From the NCBI GenBank assembly GCA_963801445.1, contig CAWDEW010000013.1, positions 117,866 through 181,865 of the forward strand: a stretch of DNA of 64,000 nucleotides, written 5' to 3'. The notes beneath the pieces are model-generated. The model saw nothing but the letters and a program-made list of their open reading frames with translations, was not told where the DNA came from and did not search any database. The DNA comes from an uncultured Chloroflexia bacterium (GTDB lineage: Bacteria; Chloroflexota; Limnocylindria; Limnocylindrales; CSP1-4). The translations under genes were made by a program, and so were the position numbers. Below, in pieces: positions 9,266-19,186 of the stretch. Within the stretch, counting starts at the first letter, position 1, and each line of letters begins with the position of its first letter.

Positions 9266-10204
9266 ATGGCACGATCCATGTGGCGCGGGGCGATCCAGTT
9301 CGGGCTCGTGACGATCCCGGTCCGGCTCTACCTCGCGACGGACTCCCACGGGATCTCGTTCAACATGCTCCACGAGAGCTGTCTGAACCGGATCCAGATG
9401 AAGACCTACTGCCCGTTCCACGACGAGGTCATCTCGCGCGGCGACACCATCAAGGGGTTCGAGTACGCGAAGGACCAGTACGTCGTCATCACCGACGAGG
9501 ACCTGGCGAACGTCCCGCTGAAGACGGTGCGCTCGATCGAGATCGAGAAGTTCGTGCCGGCCGCCGCCAGGCAGGACGAGCCCGTCCGCTTCGTGAAGCA
9601 GGCCTACTACGTCGAGCCGGAGGCGATCGGCCGCAAGGCGTACGCGCTCCTCCGCGAGGTCCTCGCCGAGCAGGGCCTGGCCGCGGTGTGCAAGGTCGTG
9701 ATCAAGGATCGCGAGGCACTGGCCTCGCTGAATCCGCAGGGCAACGCGCTGGTCCTCGAGACGCTCCATTGGCCGGACGAGATTCGGGCGACCCAGGAGC
9801 TGGACCTCCCGGCCGACGATATCGAGGTGAAGCCGGCGGAGCGGGCCATGGCGGCCCAGCTGATCGCGGCGATGACGGGCGAGTTCGACCCGGCCGAGTA
9901 CCGGGACGAGTACCGCCAGGCGCTCCAGCAGGTGATCGAGGCCAAGGTCGAGGGGCGCGAGGTCGCCGAGCCGGCCGAGCCCGCCGCGGGCGGCCAGCTG
10001 GTGGACCTGATGGCCGCCCTGGAGGCGTCCGTCAACGCGGCCCGGGCAGCCCGGGCCGCGGGCGCCGTCCCGGAGGCCGCGCCGGCACCGGTGAAGGTGG
10101 CTCGCGCCGGGCGTGCGTCCAGGGCGTCCGCCCCGTCCGACGCGGCGGACGCCGTCGACGAGGATGCCGCCCCGCGCAGGATGGCGCGCCGCAAGTCCGC
10201 CTGA
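9266..10204 (+). CDS. ku: NHEJ DNA end-binding protein Ku
   Basis: MARSMWRGAIQFGLVTIPVRLY is the canonical bacterial Ku N-terminus. Sits directly upstream of ligD. Confidence 0.9.
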   Translation: MARSMWRGAIQFGLVTIPVRLYLATDSHGISFNMLHESCLNRIQMKTYCPFHDEVISRGDTIKGFEYAKDQYVVITDEDLANVPLKTVRSIEIEKFVPAAARQDEPVRFVKQAYYVEPEAIGRKAYALLREVLAEQGLAAVCKVVIKDREALASLNPQGNALVLETLHWPDEIRATQELDLPADDIEVKPAERAMAAQLIAAMTGEFDPAEYRDEYRQALQQVIEAKVEGREVAEPAEPAAGGQLVDLMAALEASVNAARAARAAGAVPEAAPAPVKVARAGRASRASAPSDAADAVDEDAAPRRMARRKSA

Positions 10205-10256
10205 CCGGACCTCGGGCGCGCGAGACGCCGCGGCGCTGCGGCCGCATCATGGGGCC

Positions 10257-10976
10257 GTGACGCGCGAACGCCTCCCGCTCGACTTCGGCCTGACCGCCTC
10301 GCGCCTGCCGGAACGCATCGAGGCCATGCGTCCGACCGACGGCGATGGCCCGTTCGACGATCCCGGCTACTTCTTCGAGCCGTGGTGGCCGGGCATCCGG
10401 GCCCTGGTGCTCGTCGAGGCGGGTCGAGTCCGTCTCCGTGCACAGGCACTGACGGACCCGACGACCGCCTTCCCGGAGCTTGCGGCGCTGCCCGGGTTGC
10501 TGGCCGGGGACGGGGTCGTGCTCGATGCGACGCTCATGGTGCTCGACGCCCGGGGCCGTCCGAGCGCCCGGCTCCTCGAGGCGCGACTGCGCGGTGGCGC
10601 GGAGGCCGCGGAACGCGCCGACGCGGCGCCGGCGCCGGGGGTCGAGCATCCCGGGCAGGCCGCCCTGGTCGCGGGCGACCTCGTCTACCTCGGCGGACGG
10701 TCACTGGCGGCGCGCTCGTTCGGGGAGCGCCGGGGCGAGCTGGCGGCCCTGATGACCCCCAGCCCCTGGTGCCTGCCCGGGCGCGGGTTCGTCGGCGACG
10801 GCCTCGCGGTCGCCGAGGCGCTGGGATCGCTGGGCTTCCGGGCGCTCTCGGCCCGGCGCCTCGACGCGCGCCTCCGCCAGGGTCCAGCGGGTGACGCCTG
10901 GTTCCGCGTCCCGGTCCGTGCGTCCGCGCGCACGCTTCCGCCATTCCTGGCCGTCATCCAGCGCCTTCCACTCTGA
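10257..10976 (+). CDS. LigD ligase-domain paralog with all nucleotidyltransferase catalytic residues substituted (putative pseudoligase); alternative start 10326
   Basis: Aligns along its length to the ligase domain of the downstream LigD. Motif I FEPKWDGYRA becomes FEPWWPGIRA. Motif III DGEVV becomes DATLMV. Motif IV EGAMAK becomes LGSLGF. Motif V WLKLK becomes WFRVP. Confidence 0.7.
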   Translation: MTRERLPLDFGLTASRLPERIEAMRPTDGDGPFDDPGYFFEPWWPGIRALVLVEAGRVRLRAQALTDPTTAFPELAALPGLLAGDGVVLDATLMVLDARGRPSARLLEARLRGGAEAAERADAAPAPGVEHPGQAALVAGDLVYLGGRSLAARSFGERRGELAALMTPSPWCLPGRGFVGDGLAVAEALGSLGFRALSARRLDARLRQGPAGDAWFRVPVRASARTLPPFLAVIQRLPL

Positions 10977-10988
10977 GGCGAGACCCGC

Positions 10989-13877
10989 ATGCCGCTGGAC
11001 CGGTACCGCACACGGCGTGACTTCACGCGGACACCCGAGCCGGCGCCGGGGACCGTGGGGTCGTCCCCCGGACCGGGCGCCCCGGATCCGACCGCTCCAG
11101 GGGGCTGCGGTCGCTTCGTCGTGCACATGCACCGGGCCCGTCGCCTGCACTGGGACCTGCGCCTGGAGATCGACGGAGTCCTGGCCTCGTGGGCCATCCC
11201 GAAGGGCCCCACCCTGGACCCGGAGGAACGGCGCTTCGCGGCACGCACCGAGGACCACCCGATCGAGTACCTCGACTTCGAGGGCGTCATCCCGGCGGGC
11301 GAGTACGGGGCCGGCGACTCGATCTGCTGGGATTGGGGCACCTTCGAGCCGGAGCTCTCCTGGGATCCCGGGCAAGCGGTGCGCGACGGGGAGCTGAAGA
11401 TGCGCCTGCGCGGCGAGAAGCTGCGCGGGAGGTTCACCCTCGTGCGCACGGCCGGACGCGGCGGGGACGGAAGGGCGACGGGCGACGGGCGATCGCGCCG
11501 CTCACGGACGGACGCGGGCGGAGCGGAGGACGCGGGATCCGGCGAGGGCTGGCTGCTGATCGCCAAGCGCGACCCGGACTCGGTGGCCGGCTGGGACGCC
11601 GGCGACCACCCGGCGTCCGTGCGATCCGGCCTGACCAGCGCCGAGGTCGCCGCCGGCATGTCGCCGCGGTTCGTGCGCCCGGCCCCGGCGCCGCTGCCCT
11701 CGCTGGATGCCCCGGGCAGCCTGCGGGGCGTCCAGCCGACCACCCTGGCCCCGATGCTCGCGACGCCCGGCACGGCCCCGTTCGACGACGAGTCGTGGCT
11801 CTTCGAGCCCAAGTGGGACGGCTATCGCGCGCTCGCGATCGTGGCCGGGGGCAAGGTCCGCCTCGTGACCCGCAACGGCAACGATGCCGGTCGCTACTTC
11901 CCGGAGCTGCTCGGCCCGCCGGCCTGGCTGATGGCGCCCGACGCGATCGTGGATGGCGAGGTCGTGGCGTTCGACGAGGCGGGCCGCCCCGACTTCTCGC
12001 TCCTGCAGGCCCGGGTGGGCGGCGGATTCGGGCGCAGCGATCCGGGGCCCAGGCCGGAGGCCCGCGCGGCTGGCCAGGCGGCGCCGCTCCTGTTCATGGC
12101 CTTCGACCTGCCCTGGTGCGCCGGCCGATCGCTCGCGGGCGTGGCCCTCGAGGAGCGCAAGGCGATCCTGCGCCTGGTCCTGCGGGAGCATCCGCGCGTC
12201 CGCTACGGCGGGCACGTGGAGCGGGACGGCGTGGCGTTCTTCCGGGCGGCCGCCGAGCGCGGGCTGGAAGGCGCGATGGCGAAGCACCGGGCAAGCCGCT
12301 ACGAGCCGGGCCGCCGGTCTCCGGCCTGGCTCAAGCTGAAGGTCCGCCCCACCCAGGAGCTGGTCGTGGCGGGCCACGTCCCCGGGCAGGGCTCGCACCG
12401 CGACCTCGGGGCCCTCCTGGTGGGCCTGTTCGATGGTGGCACCCTGCGCTCCGTCGGCCGTGTCGGGAGCGGGATCGATGGGCCGATGCGAGCCCGGCTC
12501 CGGCGTGACCTGGATGCGCTCGCCCGCCCGACCATGTCGTTCGCGGCCCCAACCGCCGACCTGGCGGAGCTGGCCCGCACGCCGGAGGTCACCTGGGTCG
12601 ACCCGGTGCTGGTGATCCGCGCCGAGATCGGAGGCTGGACCCTGGACGGCAACATCCGCCAGGCCTCGTTCGTGGAGCTCGCCCGCGACGTGGACCCGGC
12701 CGCGGTCGAGCGCCAGGATGCCGTGGGTCCGGCAGCCGCCCAACGGGCCCTCGCGAAGTCCGGCCTCGGCTCGGGTCCCACCCGGGCCCCGGCAGTGCCC
12801 GGCCTGGCCTCGCGCCGAGGTGCGTCGCGCGAGTCGGTCGCGCCGGCCTCGGACCCGACTGCGCCGGCGGCGGTCGCGACGACGCTCCCACCTGCCCCGG
12901 TCGTGGCGGCGCCGGCCGTCGTCCTGACGGCCTCGGCCGCGGAGCTCGCGGCCCTCGAGGCGCTCCCGGCAGGCGGCGGGACCTGGAACCTTGCCGGGCG
13001 CGAGATTCGCCTCACGAACCTGGGCCGGGTCCTCGCGCCGGGCTCGGCGCCGGACGACCCACCGATCACGAAACGGGAGCTCATCCGATACCTGGTGGAG
13101 GCCGCGCCGCTCCTCCTCCCGCACCTTTCCGGCCGGGCCCTCAACCTGGCCCGCTACCCGGAGGGGATCGCCGGCGAATTGTTCTGGCAGAAGGACGTGC
13201 CGAAGGGGACGCCCGACTGGGTCGCCCGGTGGCGGGAGCCCGACCCGCCGGACCGCCGGGCGCACTCGTACGTGCTCGCGGACGAGGTCGCGGCGCTCGG
13301 CTGGCTCGGCAACCAGGCCGCCGTGGAGATCCACCCCTGGACGTCCCGGATCGAGGCGCCCGCCGAACCGCGCTGGGCCCTGATCGACATCGATCCGGGG
13401 ACGGCCACGACCTGGGACGAGGTGCTCGTGCTGGCCCGACTCTTCAGGCGCGCCCTGGAGCACCTGGGCGTCACCGGCGTCCCGAAGACGAGCGGCAAGC
13501 GGGGCCTCCAGGTCTTCATCCCGATCGGCCCCGGCTCGACGTTCGAGGCAACCCGGGGCTGGATCGAATTGCTCTCGCGGGCGGTCGGTGGAGCCGTCCC
13601 GGACCTCGTGAGCTGGGAGTGGGCGAAGGAGCGGCGGGGCGGCCGGGCGCGCCTCGACTTCACCCAGAACTGGCGGAACCGGACCCTGGTCGCCGCCTAC
13701 TCGCCGCGCCCGGCGCCCGGGCTGCCGGTCTCGGCGCCGATCACCTGGGCCGAGCTGGACGATCCGGAGCTGCGTCCCGACCGCTGGACGATCCGGACGA
13801 TCCTGGCCCGCGTCGGGGCCCGCGGCGACCTCTTTGCCGCCGCGCTCGGCCCGGACCAGGCCCTCCCGCCGCTCTGA
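10989..13877 (+). CDS. ligD: Multifunctional NHEJ DNA ligase LigD (phosphoesterase, ATP-dependent ligase, polymerase/primase domains)
   Basis: N-terminal phosphoesterase (RRDFTRTPEP, HMHRARRLHWDLRLE). Ligase motif I FEPKWDGYRA with motifs III, IV and V. C-terminal polymerase domain (LDFTQNW). Confidence 0.9.
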   Translation: MPLDRYRTRRDFTRTPEPAPGTVGSSPGPGAPDPTAPGGCGRFVVHMHRARRLHWDLRLEIDGVLASWAIPKGPTLDPEERRFAARTEDHPIEYLDFEGVIPAGEYGAGDSICWDWGTFEPELSWDPGQAVRDGELKMRLRGEKLRGRFTLVRTAGRGGDGRATGDGRSRRSRTDAGGAEDAGSGEGWLLIAKRDPDSVAGWDAGDHPASVRSGLTSAEVAAGMSPRFVRPAPAPLPSLDAPGSLRGVQPTTLAPMLATPGTAPFDDESWLFEPKWDGYRALAIVAGGKVRLVTRNGNDAGRYFPELLGPPAWLMAPDAIVDGEVVAFDEAGRPDFSLLQARVGGGFGRSDPGPRPEARAAGQAAPLLFMAFDLPWCAGRSLAGVALEERKAILRLVLREHPRVRYGGHVERDGVAFFRAAAERGLEGAMAKHRASRYEPGRRSPAWLKLKVRPTQELVVAGHVPGQGSHRDLGALLVGLFDGGTLRSVGRVGSGIDGPMRARLRRDLDALARPTMSFAAPTADLAELARTPEVTWVDPVLVIRAEIGGWTLDGNIRQASFVELARDVDPAAVERQDAVGPAAAQRALAKSGLGSGPTRAPAVPGLASRRGASRESVAPASDPTAPAAVATTLPPAPVVAAPAVVLTASAAELAALEALPAGGGTWNLAGREIRLTNLGRVLAPGSAPDDPPITKRELIRYLVEAAPLLLPHLSGRALNLARYPEGIAGELFWQKDVPKGTPDWVARWREPDPPDRRAHSYVLADEVAALGWLGNQAAVEIHPWTSRIEAPAEPRWALIDIDPGTATTWDEVLVLARLFRRALEHLGVTGVPKTSGKRGLQVFIPIGPGSTFEATRGWIELLSRAVGGAVPDLVSWEWAKERRGGRARLDFTQNWRNRTLVAAYSPRPAPGLPVSAPITWAELDDPELRPDRWTIRTILARVGARGDLFAAALGPDQALPPL

Positions 13878-13958
13878 ACGATCGCTCGTCTCGACGGCTG
13901 TAGGCGCCCGGTCCCCCGCTCGCCTACCATTGGGGCTCACCGATCGCACGGGGCCCCC

Positions 13959-16517
13959 ATGCCGCCAGCGCCGCTCACCCGCCGCTCCGCCTCTTCGGCG
14001 CTGGCGGCCGGCCCTCGCGCAGCGCGGCCGCTCGCGCGGCGCAGGCTCGCCAGCGGGCTCGTGGCGCTCGCCCTGCTCCTTCCGGGCACGCCCGGAGCGC
14101 TCGCGGCCGCGTCCCCTGCCCTGGCCGCGGCGGGATCGGCCCCCGGGATCGGCGCGACGGCCGGAGCGGCAGGCACGCTCACGTTGCCCCTCGGGCGCGG
14201 CACCGCCAGGCGAGTCACGACCCGGACGCCGGCGGTGCCGGGCGCGATCCGCCCGACGTCCCGGCCCTACCTCACGGTCGGCCCCGCCAGGGGCGCGGGC
14301 ACGGTGGCCGGGACTCCCCGAGCCGGCACCCCGGCCGGCCCGGTTCCGGCCGGCGGACCGGGCAGCCCGGTGGCGCCGCTGGCGGCGTTGCCCGGTCCCG
14401 GATCGCAGGCGGGCGCGACCTTCCTGGGCCTGACGGACCAGGCGAACGCCGCCTACCTGCCCGATTGCGGCACCACGCGGCCGTGCATCGAGCCGCCGGA
14501 CCCCTGGGTCGCCGTGAGCGCCACGTACGTGGTCCAGTCCGTGAACGGCGTGACCAGGGTCACCACGCGATCCGGCGGCCTCCCGAATCCGGGGGCTCCG
14601 ACGGCCGGCGTGAACAGCAACGCCGCCTGGTTCGGGCTCCCCGCGGACATGCTGGACGCCGATCCCCACGTGCTCTACGACGCGGCCCACGATCGCTGGA
14701 TCGCCACGTTGTTCGGCTACAGCTGCACGGCCGGGCGCCTCTACGTCGCGGTCTCCGCGGACGGAGCGCCGTACCCCCTCACGTCCGGGCCGGGTGGTCA
14801 CTGGAGCACGATCGAGCTGAACTTCGACGGGTCCGTGACCGGGCTTCCGGCCGGCATGCCGGACTTCCCGCTCGTCGGGTTGACGAGCTCCGTCGTCGGG
14901 ATCGGGATCAACGTCTTTGCGCGCGACCCGGCCGCCGTCGACCTCTGCGACGCGGTCTACCCACCCGTCTACGGTGGCGCGCAGCTTCTGGCGTTCGACC
15001 TGTCTGCGTTGGAGGGGACGGGGCCGATCCCCTACGCCTACACCGCACCATCGACGACCGTCTTCTCGTTCGCGCCCGCCCACGACGTCGGGGCCGGGAA
15101 CCGCCTCCACGTGGTGGCCGCCGGAGGCGGTGACTTCGCCAACCCGGCCACGATCCCGGCGGCGCCGACCGTCCTCTACGGGGCGCTCGACGGGCCGATC
15201 GGCGGGACCACCGGGGCGACGTCGATCACGATGACGACGCTGGACGGCGTCACCCTGGCCCAGCCACCCCCGCCGATCGACCCGGGCGGCAGCCTGGACT
15301 TCGCCGCGGACTTCCGGATCACGGACGCGACCTGGACAGCGGACCGCCTTGCGTTCCCGACGACCGGCATCTCGGGACCCGGCGGGCGACCGCGAGCCCG
15401 CGTGGTCGAGCTCGCAACCAACGCGGAGGGCGGTCCTGCCGGAGCCACGCTGGCCCAGGTCTTCACGCTCCAGCCGAGCGCCGGCTTCGGATACACGGAT
15501 ACGTTCGTGGCCGGTGTCGGATACGCCGCCGACGGCACCCTGTGGACCGCCTACAGCCAGTCGGGCCCGTCGGCCGCGATCTCGAGCTGGTCCCGCCGCC
15601 AGCGCCTCGTGGATCGCCCGGCGACCCTGCCCGCCGTGGACGCGCCCTTCTCGGCCGGTGCCGCCCTGCTCGCGACCGGTCGGGGCGGATACGGCGGGAT
15701 GAACAGTCGGTGGGGCGACTACGTCGGGGTCGCTCCCGATCCGGCCCCGGGGATGGAGGGGACCGTCTGGCAGGCCAACGAGTTCGCCGACCTGGCCGAG
15801 GGCTGGGCCACGCTTGCCTCGCAGCTCGGCGACGACACGGCGTCCCCGTCGATCCCGGGGCCGTTCTCGGTGGCCCTGGGAAATGGACGGGGGCTTCCGT
15901 CGCGGACCTCGATCCCGGTCACCGTCTCGTGGGGAGCGGCGACCGATGCCGGCAGCGGAATCGGCGCGTACCGCCTCCTCAGGCGCGTGAACGGCGGGGC
16001 GTGGGCAGCCGTCCCGCTGGGCTCCCCGACCGCGCGGTCGGTCACGGTCACGATGGCCTTCGGGGCCAGCTACCAGTTCCAGGTCAGCGCGACGGACAAC
16101 GCGGGCAACCCGGCAGGGCCGGCCCGGACGAGCCCGGCCTACCGGCCGACCTTCTACCGGCCCATCGCGAGCGCGTCCGTCGCCCTCGTCGGCTGGTGGG
16201 GGTGGGCAAGGTGCTCTCCCTGCGTCGGCGGCCGGCTCCGGTCCTCCTCGGTGCGGAACTCCCGGGTCACGCTCACCACCACGGCCTGGGCGATCGGCTG
16301 GGTGACGGTCCGCGGGCCAGCCCGTGGCTCCGCCCGGGTCTACCGCGACGGCGTGCTGCAAGGCGCCTACAGCCTGTACGCTCGCCTGAACCTGACCCGC
16401 TTCCTCGTCACCAGCCGGACGTTCCCGACGCTGGCCCGCCACAGCATGCGGGTCGTCGTCGTGGGCACGGCCGGTCACCCGCGGATCGACGTGGACGTGT
16501 TCATCGTCATCCGCTGA
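13959..16517 (+). CDS. Large secreted hypothetical protein with signal peptide and a C-terminal fibronectin-III-like module
   Basis: N-terminal hydrophobic signal (LVALALLLPGTPGALAAA). C-terminal VTVSWGAATDAGSGIGAYRLLRRVNGGAW...YQFQVSATDNAGN is FN3-like. Confidence 0.55.
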   Translation: MPPAPLTRRSASSALAAGPRAARPLARRRLASGLVALALLLPGTPGALAAASPALAAAGSAPGIGATAGAAGTLTLPLGRGTARRVTTRTPAVPGAIRPTSRPYLTVGPARGAGTVAGTPRAGTPAGPVPAGGPGSPVAPLAALPGPGSQAGATFLGLTDQANAAYLPDCGTTRPCIEPPDPWVAVSATYVVQSVNGVTRVTTRSGGLPNPGAPTAGVNSNAAWFGLPADMLDADPHVLYDAAHDRWIATLFGYSCTAGRLYVAVSADGAPYPLTSGPGGHWSTIELNFDGSVTGLPAGMPDFPLVGLTSSVVGIGINVFARDPAAVDLCDAVYPPVYGGAQLLAFDLSALEGTGPIPYAYTAPSTTVFSFAPAHDVGAGNRLHVVAAGGGDFANPATIPAAPTVLYGALDGPIGGTTGATSITMTTLDGVTLAQPPPPIDPGGSLDFAADFRITDATWTADRLAFPTTGISGPGGRPRARVVELATNAEGGPAGATLAQVFTLQPSAGFGYTDTFVAGVGYAADGTLWTAYSQSGPSAAISSWSRRQRLVDRPATLPAVDAPFSAGAALLATGRGGYGGMNSRWGDYVGVAPDPAPGMEGTVWQANEFADLAEGWATLASQLGDDTASPSIPGPFSVALGNGRGLPSRTSIPVTVSWGAATDAGSGIGAYRLLRRVNGGAWAAVPLGSPTARSVTVTMAFGASYQFQVSATDNAGNPAGPARTSPAYRPTFYRPIASASVALVGWWGWARCSPCVGGRLRSSSVRNSRVTLTTTAWAIGWVTVRGPARGSARVYRDGVLQGAYSLYARLNLTRFLVTSRTFPTLARHSMRVVVVGTAGHPRIDVDVFIVIR

Positions 16518-16718
16518 CCCGGTCCGGGCCGGCGCCGGCTGCCGCCGGTTCGCGAGGGGCACCGGGCGAGCGCTCCCGAAGTGCCGCGAATGGCGCCGCT
16601 CGGTGCCCGGTTCGACCCGCCCCTGCCGGCCGGCCCGCACGGGTGGCCCGGGGGGGCCCGCCCGGGGATGCCCGACGGCACTTGCTGCCTGGTGGGGTGC
16701 CCGGCGGAGACTGGGCAC

Positions 16719-17201
16719 ATGAACGAGACTGCCGCACTCATCGCAGCGTTGAACACGTCGTGGTTTGCGTCCGGTCTGAGCGAGAAGTCGCAGGCGCGCC
16801 TCGCGGAGCTCGGGCGGCGCTTCACCGCCGAGCCCGGGACGGAGCTCTTCAGGGAGGGTGAGCCCAGCGAGACCTTCGGCATCCTGGTCCACGGCCGCGT
16901 CGCGCTGCGGACCCTCGTCCCTGAGCGCGGCGACATCACGATCCTCACGGTCGAGCCGGGCGACGTCTACAGCTGGTCGGCGCTCGTCCCGCCGTACAAG
17001 GCCTCGTCCACCGGGACCGCGATCGAGCCAATCGAATCGATCGTCTTCGACGGCAACGCCCTGCGGGCGGCCCTCCGCGAGGATTGCGACCTGGCCAGGT
17101 CGCTCTACCCCCGCATCCTCGTCGCGGTCTCGCGGCGCCTCAACGCGACCCGGGTCCAGCTCCTTGACCTGTTCGCGGCCGAGCAGGTACGCGCGTGGTG
17201 A
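16719..17201 (+). CDS. Standalone cyclic-nucleotide-binding (CAP effector) domain protein
   Basis: A cNMP-binding beta-barrel (FREGEPSETFGILVHGRVAL...EPGDVYSWSAL) with no HTH or output domain. Its 3' end overlaps the start of the hydrogenase beta-gamma gene. Confidence 0.7.
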   Translation: MNETAALIAALNTSWFASGLSEKSQARLAELGRRFTAEPGTELFREGEPSETFGILVHGRVALRTLVPERGDITILTVEPGDVYSWSALVPPYKASSTGTAIEPIESIVFDGNALRAALREDCDLARSLYPRILVAVSRRLNATRVQLLDLFAAEQVRAW

Positions 17202-19186
17202 CGATGCGCTCCCAGGGGCGGGGCCAGCGTCCCGCCCTGGAAGGCCCCGGATACCTCGACCGTGCCGATCTCCAGGCTCTCTTCGACCTCCTTCGCGAGG
17301 ATGGCCGGCGACTCGTCGGCCCCACCATGGCCGATGGTTCGATCGTCTACGACGAGATCGCCTCGGTGGACGACCTTCCGCGCGGCTTCGGGGACGAGCA
17401 GGCGCCCGGCCGCTACCGGGTGCGCCGTCGCGGCGATGAGCGCCTCTTCGGCTTCGTGGTCGGCCCGACCGCGTGGAAGCGCTGGACATTTCCGCCGCTG
17501 GTGCAGCTGACCCATGCCACCCGCGACGGCCACCGCGTCTCCTTCGAGCCTGACGCGGCGGGGGTCCCGCTGCTCGCGTTCCTCGGCGTCCGCGCCTGCG
17601 ATCTCGCGGCGATCGGCGTCCAGGACCAGGTCTTCACCGGGGCGACCTTCGTCGACCCGGACTACCAGGCGCGCCGGGCGCGGGTCCTGGTGGTGGCCAC
17701 CCAGTGCATGACCGCCGCGTCGACCTGCTTCTGCACTTCGATGGGCACGGGCCCCGAGGTGACCTCCGGCTACGACATCCTGCTCACCGAGCTCGACAGC
17801 GGGTTCCTGGTCGAGGCGGATTCCGCCCCCGGCCGCGCGCTGCTCGAGCGGCTCCCGATCCGGCCGGCAACGGCCGTCGAACAGTACGGGGCGGCCGCCG
17901 CGGTCGCGGCGGTGCGCGCGAGGATCGGCGACCCGGTCCCGGCGGCAGGTCTCCACGACCGCCTCATGGCCCAGCTTGACCACCCGCGCTGGGCGCAGGT
18001 GGCCGAGCGCTGCATCACCTGCGGCAACTGCACGCTCGCCTGCCCGACCTGCTTCTGCACGACCCTCGGCCAGGCGACGGACCTCACCGGGGAGCGCGCG
18101 ACGACGACGCGAATCTGGGACAGCTGCTTCAGCCCCGGCTTCGCGAAGGTCGCCGGCGGCAGCTTCCGGGCCCGCCCGCGCGATCGCTACCGGCAATGGC
18201 TCACCCACAAGTTCGGCACCTGGTGGGACCAGTTCGGGCAATCCGGGTGCGTGGGCTGCGGCCGCTGCATCACCTGGTGCCCCGTCGGGATCGACGTTCG
18301 CGAGGAGCTCAACGCGATCGCCCCGTCCGTCCCGCTGTCCCCGGAGACGCCGCTGGTCCAACCGGTGGCCGCGACCCCGAACGACTTCGTGACCGCCCGC
18401 GTCGTGGCTACCAAGGCCGAGACGGTGGACACGACGACGCTGACCCTGACCGGCGTGGATCCCGCGTTCAGCAAGGGAAGCACCGGCCAGTTCGCGATGG
18501 TCTCCCTGCCCGGGTTCCCACCGCTCCCGATCTCGATCAGCCGGTTCCTCCCCGACGGCATCGAGCTGACCATCCGCGGTGCCGGACCCGCGACGCGCGC
18601 GATGTGCGCGCTCCAGGTCGGCGATCAGCTGGGCCTGCGCGGCCCGCTGGGCAACAACTGGCCGCTCGATCGGGCCGTCGGCCGCGACCTCGTGATCGTG
18701 ACCGGCGGGATCGGCCTCGCCCCGCTGCGCCCCGTCCTCCAGGCGATCGTGGCCGACCGTCGCCGGTTCGGCGACGTGATGCTGTTCTACGGCGCGCGGA
18801 CGCCCGGCGATCTGCTCTACCGGGACGAGCTGGAACGCTGGGCCAGCCGCCATGGAATTGAGGTGAGCCTGACGGTCGACCGCGCGGGGCCGGAATGGAC
18901 GGGCCGGGTCGGCATCGTGACCCACCTCTTCGACCAGGCCGCCTGGGACGGGACCAACATGATCGCGTTCGTGTGCGGCCCCGAGCGGATGATGCAGGCG
19001 ACGGCGACCACGCTGGCCGGCCGGGGCGTCCCGGCAACCCGGATCCACGTGACCCTGGAGCGCCACATGGAGTGCGGGATCGGGCTCTGCGGCCACTGCC
19101 AGATGGGCAAGTACTTCGTCTGTCGGGACGGGCCGGTCTTCTCGATCGCCCAGCTCGGCGACACCTTCGGCCGGGAGGGGATCTGA
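17195..19186 (+). CDS. Group 3b [NiFe] hydrogenase beta-gamma fusion: N-terminal 4Fe-4S subunit and C-terminal FAD/NAD(P)-binding subunit with a 2Fe-2S site
   Basis: The N-terminal half has CITCGNCTLACPTCFC and CVGCGRCITWCP (HydB/AsrA-like). The C-terminal half has a ferredoxin-NADP reductase fold (LVIVTGGIGLAPL) ending CGIGLCGHCQ (HydG/AsrB-like). Confidence 0.85.
   Translation: MVTMRSQGRGQRPALEGPGYLDRADLQALFDLLREDGRRLVGPTMADGSIVYDEIASVDDLPRGFGDEQAPGRYRVRRRGDERLFGFVVGPTAWKRWTFPPLVQLTHATRDGHRVSFEPDAAGVPLLAFLGVRACDLAAIGVQDQVFTGATFVDPDYQARRARVLVVATQCMTAASTCFCTSMGTGPEVTSGYDILLTELDSGFLVEADSAPGRALLERLPIRPATAVEQYGAAAAVAAVRARIGDPVPAAGLHDRLMAQLDHPRWAQVAERCITCGNCTLACPTCFCTTLGQATDLTGERATTTRIWDSCFSPGFAKVAGGSFRARPRDRYRQWLTHKFGTWWDQFGQSGCVGCGRCITWCPVGIDVREELNAIAPSVPLSPETPLVQPVAATPNDFVTARVVATKAETVDTTTLTLTGVDPAFSKGSTGQFAMVSLPGFPPLPISISRFLPDGIELTIRGAGPATRAMCALQVGDQLGLRGPLGNNWPLDRAVGRDLVIVTGGIGLAPLRPVLQAIVADRRRFGDVMLFYGARTPGDLLYRDELERWASRHGIEVSLTVDRAGPEWTGRVGIVTHLFDQAAWDGTNMIAFVCGPERMMQATATTLAGRGVPATRIHVTLERHMECGIGLCGHCQMGKYFVCRDGPVFSIAQLGDTFGREGI

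Noticed and set aside
8707-10260. 517-aa plus-strand ORF overlapping ku
   Set aside because: Alternate-frame reading of the ku region with low-complexity Arg/Gly/Pro composition. The Ku frame carries the canonical MARSMWRGAIQFGL signature.
11502-17489. 1995-aa ORF on the minus strand
   Set aside because: Extremely Arg/Gly/Pro/Asp-rich with no domain-like segments. It lies antisense to ligD and the secreted-protein gene, whose protein signals are strong. This is a typical spurious long ORF in >70% GC DNA.
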